Shown piece by piece: positions 1-10,300 of a DNA stretch of 64,000 nt. Source of the stretch: Macrostomum lignano (lineage: Eukaryota); assembly GCA_002269645.1 (NCBI GenBank), contig NIVC01001603.1:134217-198216 (forward strand), written 5' to 3'. The notes beneath the pieces were generated by a model. The model was not told the origin of the DNA. It saw only the letters and a program-made list of their open reading frames with translations, and did not search any database. Numbering within the stretch: position 1 is the stretch's first letter; each line of letters begins with the position of its first letter. The translations under genes and the position numbers were made by a program.

Positions 1-122
1 CTAGCCCTAGGCCTACTTAATACTTAATACTCACATAGGTAAATGAGTTAAATCAGTGCATGTTTTATGATACAAGCTGGTAGTGGTAGGCCTACAGCTA
101 ATAGAAGTTAATCCAACTGACA

Positions 123-410
123 CATACATGCGCAACCTCCAAAATTTGGTCGGCCATGCAACTTAGTTTTAACAAAAATACAATGTAGTTTTTGGCCAAA
201 AATGCAAAAAAACCTAAAGCAAAATTAACTTTGGGTAAACGACAAGAGTAACTATGTCTTATTAAGCCAAAAGGCCTCGTCAGCTACTTAGTACTACTAC
301 TTGGGTGTTTTTTCGAGTGGGCATGTTTTATGATGTATGCAACTTCCTTGGTTGGCTGCCAAAATCGGTCAGCCATATTGGTTGACTCAGCCGACTATTG
401 CGCATGTATG
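123..410. mobile_element. hAT-like MITE
   Basis: Perfect 13-bp TIRs (CATACATGCGCAA 123-135 / TTGCGCATGTATG 398-410) flanked by an 8-bp TSD-like pair AACTGACA / AATTGACA (one C>T difference). Confidence 0.7.
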
Positions 411-922
411 AATTGACAGATTTTCAAAATTATATGGAATATATGGAATGGGCCAGCGTAATTTTAGGCATTGCCAATTTTGGCTTGAGTAAAGTACTTA
501 CTTGATCACAGCACAAGACTGACTATTCTGAGCTATAGGACTTCTTCTCTGCTTTACCAGGAGCAGAGCTGAGCTGTGCATCAAGAGTAGAAGCACACAG
601 TGCCGCCTCAAGGCGCTTCTTCTCTCAGAAATGGCACATTCGCTCCTTCGCCTGGTTGTGCTGCTTGCAAATTTGCTAGGTATCAGCAATCTCTTGGCAA
701 GCCTGGCTTCTTTACTTCTCAGCCTCTCGATAGGCGTCGCCTCTCCTCTGTTGAAAGGCCTGCTGCAGTTCACCAAGCGTCTTCTTCACCATCCTTATAG
801 TCATCTAGAGCCTATCAGGGACTTGGCTAGAGTAGCAGAAATGCTGAAATTAAGAAATCCATACACATTAAAGCAAAAAGGGGTGCAAATATGCCAAGAA
901 ATGTCTATGTTACGACTAGAAA

Positions 923-962
923 GGGCATGTTACGACCAGAAGCTTCTGGTCGTAACATGCCC
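923..962. repeat. Perfect 40-bp palindrome
   Basis: GGGCATGTTACGACCAGAAG|CTTCTGGTCGTAACATGCCC; a partial extra arm copy lies at ~907-920. Confidence 0.95.
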
Positions 963-1899
963 CATCTTATACACATGGTTTAAACAACTGGAAAAACCTT
1001 TTTGAATCATAATAACTAGCCTGGTTATGTTTATTTGGTAGGTTTCTAGCACTCTGTGAAGCTCCTAGAGTCCTAGTGTCTGCTACAAAATGAAGCACTT
1101 TAATCATTATGGTTGTAACATAGATTTTTCCAAACAAAATTAAGTACCTAGGCGCACTTGTACTAACATAGTTGTAAATATTTTCTTTGAAAAAAAAAAA
1201 CTTTTATAAGTAAACAATTTTGGGCCTAAAAAGTCACTTGGCAATACAAATTATCATGTTTCAAAAAAGACCATAAAAATGAAGTATATGGTTCTTTTTT
1301 TGAAATAAAAAACTTCAAAAACAAAAAAACTTATGCCCAACTAGTATAGGACATAAATGGAGTCTAGAAGTTCATTTCTATATATGTTTACTTGAAAAAA
1401 ATACTTGTACCAGTTGAAATACAAAAAAAATTTGTCAAATTTGTCCAAGTTATGTAGAATGAGCCATTTATAAGTATGTTTTATATTTTATAGCTTTATA
1501 GGTTAAAATAGAACTAGTACACAATTAGTATCTAGGTAGCATATAATTAGATTTTTCCCTAAAATATTTTTTAACATATTATTCTCCTTTTCTATCTCTT
1601 TGATTTTATTGTTCATTGTTTAATGTTTATTGAAATTTTATTGAAGTCTCTAGTTTTACTACAAGAACTAGTACCAAGAAAAGAAAATCTCCTTTAATAT
1701 ATAGGCTATTAAAACCTGTAGATTTTGAAATTATAGAATTATATAATCCCTAGTCCTAGAACTATTTTTGCATATATTATTAAATTTGAAGTCATGCTCA
1801 AATAAAAAACTTGTTAATAGTTAAGATTGTGGCAAACAAAAATTATAATAAATGTACAATTAATTACAATTTGATGCCTTTGAAACTTATCTTAGTTCC

Positions 1900-2334
1900 C
1901 TGTATTTTTCAGCTGTTTCTTCTTCTCTTCTTTTTCTTCTCTTATCTTTCCTCTTCCTGCTTTATTCTTTCTTTACATCTTCTCTCCTTACTATTTTCCC
2001 TACTATTCTTTCCTCTTAACCCTTTGCTCTTATCTTTCTTTTCTTCTCTCTTCTTTTTATTCTATTATATATCTCTCCTCTTTCCATTCCTCTCTCTGTT
2101 TTCCCTCTTCTTTCCCTTCTTCTTTTCTTCCTCTTTTTTTTCTCCTCTCTCCTCTTACCTCTCTTCTCTAGTCTATCTAGTCTAGTCTAATCTATTATTT
2201 CTCCTCTCTTCTCTCTTACAATTTTCACTTTTCTTTTATCTTTTTTCTTCCCCTCTTCTCTTAGCTTTTTTTCATTTTACTTCCCTCTTCTCTCCTTTTA
2301 TCATCTATGTTTTTTCTCTGATCCCTTTCCTCAC
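1900..2334. repeat. Decayed CT-rich low-complexity tract or degenerate minisatellite (intron 1 of the pseudogene)
   Basis: Almost purely pyrimidine on the + strand; begins right after the minus-strand donor at 2334. Confidence 0.7.
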
Positions 2335-3021
2335 CCTGTCTCTCTTTTCTGATTGTCTATTCCTTCTCCTTTCTACTCTCATCTAGCCTACAGCCATGAG
2401 CTAGATTCTTTGTCTGGCCCTTGAGTTATGTCTGCTGTCCCCTGTTTCAAAAGCCAGTTTGTGAGTCATAATATTCTCATGGTTGTTTTGTTCTATTATC
2501 CATTTGCTGACTGCTTTGATCACATTATCTTTCTAACCAATTTGCAGCCCTATAAGGAATTTCTATATCTCTAGCAACTTTTAACAATCAAGCAACTTAA
2601 TACATTTCTTTGGAGGCATTAAAATTCCAAAGTGCATTTAAGTTTAACTTTCATGGTATAACTAATTTAGTAGAAATATTTTACTAGGCTTTTTCATAAA
2701 TTTTCACTTTTACAAACAAAATATATTGCATTGCCTTGATTTGCCCTCTTCCTTATTTACAGTTGAACTGCAAAATTGCTTATATAGAGGACAATGATAA
2801 GAATTTCTCTCTTAAATTCCATGGCTAAAAGTAGTCTCTCTATATATAGGATGCAAAAAGGCAATAATTTTTTTCCAAAACATTTTACATTGATTGCTAT
2901 ATACACTAAGCCTTATCATTTGACCCCTTTCTCTGGGAGTTAAGTGAGTGAAAGTGGTCAAACATTAAAAAGTAGATAAACTTCAAATAATTACAATATC
3001 CATTACAATTAATGGCAAACA

Positions 3022-3320
3022 GGGTTGTAGCCTAGTAGTCAAGGCATTAGACTTACAACTTAAAGGTTGGGGTTCAATTCTTGACTCACTTAGATCAATT
3101 TGTGTCCTTTAACAAGACACTTAACTCTGCATTGCTTTAGTTCACCTAGCTGTAAAATGGGTACCAGCATTAGCTGATGTAATTAAAGGTGTGTGGCAAC
3201 CCCCCAGTCTTTTGGACTGAACAGCCATATGTAGCCTTCAGGTACACCACACAATAGCTTTGGCTAAGCTGTCATTTGGACATCTGCCTATTAGGACAGG
3301 TGTAATCAATTGTATTATTA
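3022..3320 (+). mobile_element. tRNA-derived CORE-like SINE, heavily C>T/G>A mutated copy
   Basis: Colinear with copies at 5429, 18310, 44086 and 51238. Has degraded A/B boxes and the core CAAGACACTTAACTC...CTGTAAAATGGG. Confidence 0.85.
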
Positions 3321-4362
3321 TATTCATACATGCCTAACACCCATCCAACCTATCCAAACCAGATAGGTGAAATGGCTGCTGGCCAAGGTAAGTTGCATAA
3401 TACTACAAGAAGAAAAAAAGGAAAAGAAAAGAGAGAAAGAAGAAAGAGGAGAGAGAAAGAGAAAAAGTCATATACAAAAGTGAAAATTAGGTCGCAATCA
3501 GGGAAATTAAGTTGCAATCAGAAGGAACTAAATCACAATTGGGAGGAACTATGTCACAAATCTGAACAAAGCTAATAAGTTGCACTAGACAGGTAAACTT
3601 TTGAGGTTGTGCATATATGATTATATTATAATTATTACAATTAAGTTATTTATTTGTAACTTTTAATTGAAATAGAATAAGTCAATAAAGAATTGTGTCT
3701 AATTTAAAGTCAATTGCTTTATGTAGGGCAAACTTATGGCAATCTCGTAGTCAACTTTGAAACCTATTTTGCCACATCATGCCAAATAAAAAAGAGAAAG
3801 GCAGAGGTTGGGGTGATTAATATGCTGACAATAAGCCAAATAACTTTGAAAGTATATTTTGCCATTTATAATTAATTTTGAGGTCAAAATTTTACACAAT
3901 TGTTTTAAATTAGTTGAAGTTGTTTGTGTCAAATTTGAAAACAATAAGTAAATGTTAAAGCAATGCTATGGAGGATTTAGTAACAAATTGCACTTTTTAG
4001 CAGTTTTTGTACTTTTAGGTAAAAAGACTTCAATTTAGAAAATTTTATAAAGTAGCGCTTTTGCCCTAGTGAATTTCAGGTGGGTACAAAATTTGGTGTC
4101 ATTAGTTAAGTGGTTGTGGAGTCCATAGCAAACAAAATTATACACACATGTACATAGAGTTTTCATTTTTTTATAAATTCCTGAGATTGCTAGAAAAGCC
4201 AGCATCTCCATCTTTATCAGAGTGCGGCGCTAGACCACTGGGCCCCCTTTAATAACTGAGCTAATCTGTCCCCAACTTGTAGTTACCTATTGTATTTGTG
4301 CATAGAATCTTTTAAAATTCCTTCATTTGTTATTGCCCTTGAACAATTTCAGTGACAACAAA

Positions 4363-7300
4363 ATGGCTCTATTAAAGAACATCAGAATATTTGAAAAAGC
4401 TAGCACAGATCCCACTCTGCATAGCCTCATAATGCAGCACAAAAGCCGATCTGAGTCTGTCCTGTTTCAAAACAATCTAATCGCCACGCTGAGCGAAGTC
4501 GAGACGCAGAATTTATTGAAAGACTACACCAGAGTGCTGGATGCGTACGCATGTTTAGGCGTTCTAGCTGTCAACACGCCGAAAAATGAAACTGTCAATT
4601 TTCTCATATTGGTCACGGCATGCGTTTCTGTTGGTAAACTGCCAGACTTTGAGGTGCACAAAATCACTCGAGTAAGCTGTGTTAGTTTGCGAAATTGTCC
4701 TACAGACGCCCAGCTGGTGTCTGAGATACAGAAACTGTTGATGTCGGAGATTTTCTACTTTGCCAGAACCTCGGATGATAAGCCGTATGATTTGACTGTA
4801 AGCCGGTGGTATTGCTCTTGGCTCTGATTTTTATTAGATTAGTGTTATTTTGTAGTATGCTGTTATTTCACCCATCATTGGATAGATCATTATCCTTCGT
4901 TATTTACTAGATTAGCAATCCATTCCATTCTAATTTAATCCATATATTATTTACTAGATTAGCAATCCATTCCATTCTAATTTAATCCAACATAATTGAC
5001 TAAATTAGCAATCCATTCCATTCTAATTTAATCCAACATAATTGACTAGATTAGCAATTCATTCCATTCTAATTTAATCCAACATAATTGACTAGATTAG
5101 CAATCCATTCCATTTTAATTAAATCATACCTAATTGACTAGATTAGCAATCCATTCCATTCTAATTTAATCCATACATTATTGACTATATAATCGATCCT
5201 AGTTATTCATATTTCCTATACGAGTACTAATATCTAACCACCCAGGTATCCGTGCAAAACGCTCATTCGGGCAAGTCACGTGACAATCGGTTCTTCTGGA
5301 ATCGCGGCTTGCACCGCCTATTCGGTCAGTTTGGTGTCCCAGCCAACGATTGGCTTGTGTACGCCATCTGCGGCGGGGTGGAAGTGAAGACCATCTACTG
5401 CGGTGAGAAACAGGTGAGGCTAGTTTCCAGTTGTAGCCTATTGATAAGAGCGTCGGACTCATGACTTGAAAGTCGGGGGTTCGATTCCCGATCGTCTCAC
5501 TAGAACAATTTATATCCTGGAGCAAGACACTTAACTCTTCATTGCTTCAGTTCTCCCAGCTGTAAAATGGGTGCCAGCATTAGCTGGGGTAATTGAGGGT
5601 CTGTGTGTGGCGACCCCCCAGTCCTTGGACTGAACAGCAATAGCTGCGGCTGAGCTGTCGGTTACACATCTGCCTGTAAGGGCAGGTGTAATAAACTACA
5701 ATATTATTAATATTATTATTATTAATTGAATAGTTCTTTCCATCGACGATATAAATTTCTGAGAATACGAAATGAATCACACTCTGTCTAGCATGTTATT
5801 TATAGCACCATTTTTAAAGGTATTAATAATGAGTTCTGTGCTCAAATATGCTTTTATCGTAATTATCTGTTGTAAAAATAAATCTAGTTGATATAAATAG
5901 TTTTCCAGCAAATTAGGTGACGATGTTATTTTGTACTTTTTGCTGAATAAAATTCCTCATTTATACATTCATGCTAATCAAGGCCATTCACGGTAAAAAT
6001 TATTGAATGTTTTTGGCTTGCACTGTTTGACTGCATAATTTCTATTACTTATGTCTTAACTTATCTTCATCAAGTGTCTTTAAATGTTTTATTTGTGTTT
6101 TCTCGATGGCTCTAAGAGTGAAGTTTATCTTAAGATCATCATCTTAAGATTATCCCAGATCCCCATGTTAAAATCATCCTAGATCCTCGTGTTAAGTTAA
6201 TGCCAGATCCTCATGTTAAGATAATCCCAGATTTTCATTTTAAGATTATCCCAGATCATTTTAGGATCCTCAGTTTCAAGCTTTAAAAAATAATTACAGG
6301 TCTTGAATGTTGAATAATTGTCAGCGGGGCTTAACGTCTGAAGTACTCCTAAGCCCTTGCATGTACATATGGTATTTAAACCCGTGCGTAAATTTTTTTA
6401 TTTATTGTTAATCAGTTGCGCAACATTTCTCAATTACATTATAAGAAAGTAGCTTCATATACTTATTTTTCTACTATTCAGTAGGCAGTTTTGTGTATGT
6501 AATTAATATTTGTTAGTGCAATGTTTAAATTTGATGCATTTCGAATCATTTCAATCTGATAATAAAAATTCCTAATAACTATCCCTAATCCCAGGCTAAA
6601 GCTTGCGTCATATCCCGCTTATCTGCCGAGCGAGCCGGCACTCGTTTCAACGTTCGTGGCGCCAACGACGATGGTAAAGTGGCGAATTTCTGCGAAACCG
6701 AACAGATCATCTATCTAGACGATGCCGTCACGTCTTTCCTGCAGACTCGCGGCTCAGTGCCGCTGTTCTGGGAGCAGCCGGGCCTGCAGATTGGCAGTCA
6801 TCGGATTAAAATGTCTCGCGGATTTGAGGCCAGCAGTCACGCGTTTGTGCGCCATTTGAAGATGATGAAATCTCTGTACGGCAGTGTGGCTATTGTTAAT
6901 CTACTGGGCTGCAAGGAGGGAGAGCAGGTGATTGGGCGGTTACTGATTACTGTGGACTATATATGCCCCCTTTTGTATAGTTTTTTATATATTTTCTATG
7001 ATAGGTGCGATTTCTGTGTAATCATCTCCATAAAGGGTGAGATTTTCTTTACCTCTTATCTCCATATCAGAAAGGGTGAGATTTCCTTCACCTCTTATCT
7101 CTATATCGTAAAGGGTGGGATTTCCTTCACCTCTTATCTCCATATCATAAAGGGTGAGATTTCCTTCACCTCTTATCTCCATATCATAAAGGGTGAGATT
7201 TCCTTCACCTCTTATCTCTATATCGTAAAGGGTGGGATTTCCTTCACCTCTTATCTCCATATCATAAAGGGTGAGATTTCCTTCACCTCTTATCTCCATA

Positions 7301-10300
7301 TCATAAAGGGTGAGATTTCCTTCACCTCTTATCTCCATATCATAAAGGGTGAGATTTCCTTCACCTCTTATCTCTATATCGTAAAGGGTGGGATTTCCTT
7401 CACCTCTTATCTCCATATCATAAAGGGTGAGATTTCCTTCACCTCTTATCTCTATATCGTAAAGGGTGAGATTTCCTTCACCTCTTATCTCCATATCATA
7501 AAGGGTGAGATTTCCTTCACCTCTTATCTCCATATCATAAAGGGTGAGATTTCCTTCACCTCTTATCTCCATATCATAAAGGGTGAGATTTCCTTCACCT
7601 CTTATCTCCATATCATAAAGGGTGAGATTTCCTTCACCTCTTATCTCCATATCATAAAGGGTGAGATTTCCTTCACCTCATCTCCATATCATTAAGGGTG
7701 AGATTTCCTTCACCTCTTATCTTCATAAAGGGTGAGATTGTCTCGGTCTCGAATCTCTGTAAGGGATGAGATTGCCATAATCTGTTATCTTCCCAAGGCG
7801 TGAGATTTTCATAATCTGTAGTCTTACCATGGGGTGAGATTTCCATAGGCTGTCATCTTCCCAAAAGGTGAGATTTCCTAAATATGTCATCTTCCAAAGG
7901 GGTCAGATTTCCATAATCTTGAATCTTCCAAAGGGGTGAGATTTCTATATCTGTCATCTTCAAAAGGGGTGAGATTTTCCTAATATACCAATTTGGCAAT
8001 GCCGCAGGTTCTATCAAAATCCTACCGAGATCACCACCGAGACAGAAGCCGCCTGTGCTCAGACGTGCCCTATGTAGAATTCGACTATCACACGGAGTGC
8101 CCGGGCGGTAACCCGGCTCGTCTGCCGGATTTGTTGCAAAAAATTCGCGACTACATCGGCAGGTGCGGCTATTTTGTCGCTTTTTCGTCGTCGAGAGCGA
8201 GCCCGGAAAATGATCAGCTGAGGCGTCAGCATTCCTCACAGACTGGCGTTGTTAGGACTAACTGCGTTGACTGTTTGGATAGGACTAACGCTGTGCAGAC
8301 TGTCTTCGGTATTGAGGTCAGGATTGTCTTGTAGTATCAGGGACTAGAGGGATTTCCTGGATTATTTTCAATCTTAACTGATTACTGAGTTTAGCAATTT
8401 CTTTTATTCGTGTAAATTATCCCCAGGTTATGGGATTAAGGATTTGTAGGATTAATACTATCACAGTTGATTTGTATGGGGATTTGTAGGATTAATATTA
8501 TCCCAATTGATTTGTATGGGGATTTGTAGGATTAATATTATCCCAATTGATTTGTATGGGGATTTGTAGGATTAATATTATCCCAATTGATTTGTATGGG
8601 GATTTAAAGGATTAATATTATCCCAATTGATTTTTATGGGGATTTTTAGAGTTAATAATATTCCAATTGATTTGTATGGGGATTTGTAGGATTAATATTA
8701 TCCCAATTGATTTTTATGGGGATTTATAGCATTAATATTATCCCAATTGATTTTTATAGGGATTTTTAGGGTTAATATTATCCCAATTGATTTGTATGGG
8801 GATTTGTAGGGTTAATATTATCCCAATTGATTTGTATGGGGATTTGTAGGATTAATATTATCCCAATTGATTTGTATGGGGATTTGTAGGGTTAATATTA
8901 TCCCAATTGATTTGTATGGGGATTTGTAGGATTAATACTATCCCAATTGATTTTTATGGGGATTTGTAGGATTATTATTATCCCAATTGATTTGTATGGG
9001 GATTTGTAGGATTATTATTATCCCAATTTATTTGTATGGGGATTTGTAGGATTATTATTATCCCAATTGATTTGTATGGGGATTTGTGGGATTATTATTA
9101 TCCCAATTGATTTGTATGGGGATTTGTAGGATTAATATTATGCCAATTGATTTGTATGGGGATTTATAGGATTAATATTATCCCAATTGATTTGTATGGG
9201 GATTTGTAGGATTAATATTATCCCAATTGATTTGTATGGGGATTTAAAGGATTAATATTATCCCAATTGATTTTTATGGGGATTTTTAGGGTTAATATTA
9301 TCCCAATTGATTTGTATGGGGATTTGTTGGATTATAATATTGTCCCAATTGATTTGTATGGGGATTTGTTGGATTATAATATTGTCCCAATTGATTTGTA
9401 TGGGGCTTTGTAGGATTATAATATTATCCCAATTGATTTGTATGGAGATTTGTAGGATTAATATTATCCCTATTGATTTGTATGGGGATTTCTGGGATTA
9501 ATATTATCCCAATTGATTTTATGGGGATTTGTGGGATTAATATTATCCCAATTTATTTGTATGAGGATTTTGTAGGATTAATATTATCCCAATTGATTTG
9601 TATGGGGATTTATAGGATTATTATCCGAATCGATTATGGTGTGTATTGTAAGGATTTTTATCCCCATTGATTATGTTGTGTATTTTAAGGATTAATTATC
9701 CCAGTTAATTATGGCGGGGATTTGTAAGATCCTCTCGCCTTTCTATTTATCTTCTATTATTCTCTCTATTCGCCTCTCTATTCCCACCCAACGCAGCTGA
9801 TGCTGCACAACCAGCTGGAGTCGCTAGGCCTGTCATCCGAGCAATTAGCCAAACGATTCAGCGACGCTTTCCGCGAGATGTGGCTGCAGAACGGCGACTC
9901 AGTCAGCAGGATTTACGCCGGCACCGGGGCCCTTGGCGGTGGCCGTTCAAAGATCAAAGACGCCGCCCGGACTGGTTCCAGAACCATACAGAATAATTTC
10001 CTAGACAGTTCCAAGCAGGAAGCTATGGATTTATTAATTCATAATTCTACTCTGCGAGGAGATCTAGCCTCCCGAGCGAGTGCTTTGCTGCCGAAATCGT
10101 TTCTACATTTACCGCCGCGTCAGCTAAGCTACCTGTTAGCCAGTCACGAAGAGTTCACGGATGTCACTCCGGCTAGGGTGTTTGTTGGCACCTGGAATGT
10201 CAATGGCGGTAAACATTTTCGAAGCCTGGCTCATAGGGACGCGTCGCTGCGCGATTGGCTGGTTAATCTGCCAGAGATTAGCAGGACCAGCGCCCCGAAC

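Larger units (their letters stand above)
35..2619 (-). pseudogene. Transition-hypermutated 4-exon pseudogene of a charged, probably coiled-coil protein; likely continues left of the window
   Basis: Exons 2619-2335, 1082-961, 826-502 and 91-35 join in compatible phases into 263 codons without an indel, starting MPPKK and including KERMCHF*EKKRLEAAL. There are 13 internal stops (8 TAG, 3 TAA, 2 TGA). Donors GTGAGG, GTAAGT and GTGAGT are canonical; the exon-2 donor is a weaker GC type. Confidence 0.72.

Noticed and set aside
1811-2185. Hydrophobic membrane-protein-like ORF
   Set aside because: Translation of a CT-rich low-complexity tract.
35-2619. Alternative genetic code (TAA/TAG = Gln) explaining the in-frame stops
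   Set aside because: TGA stops also occur, neighbouring genes end in TAG/TAA with no internal stops, and the nearby non-coding SINE shows the same transitions.
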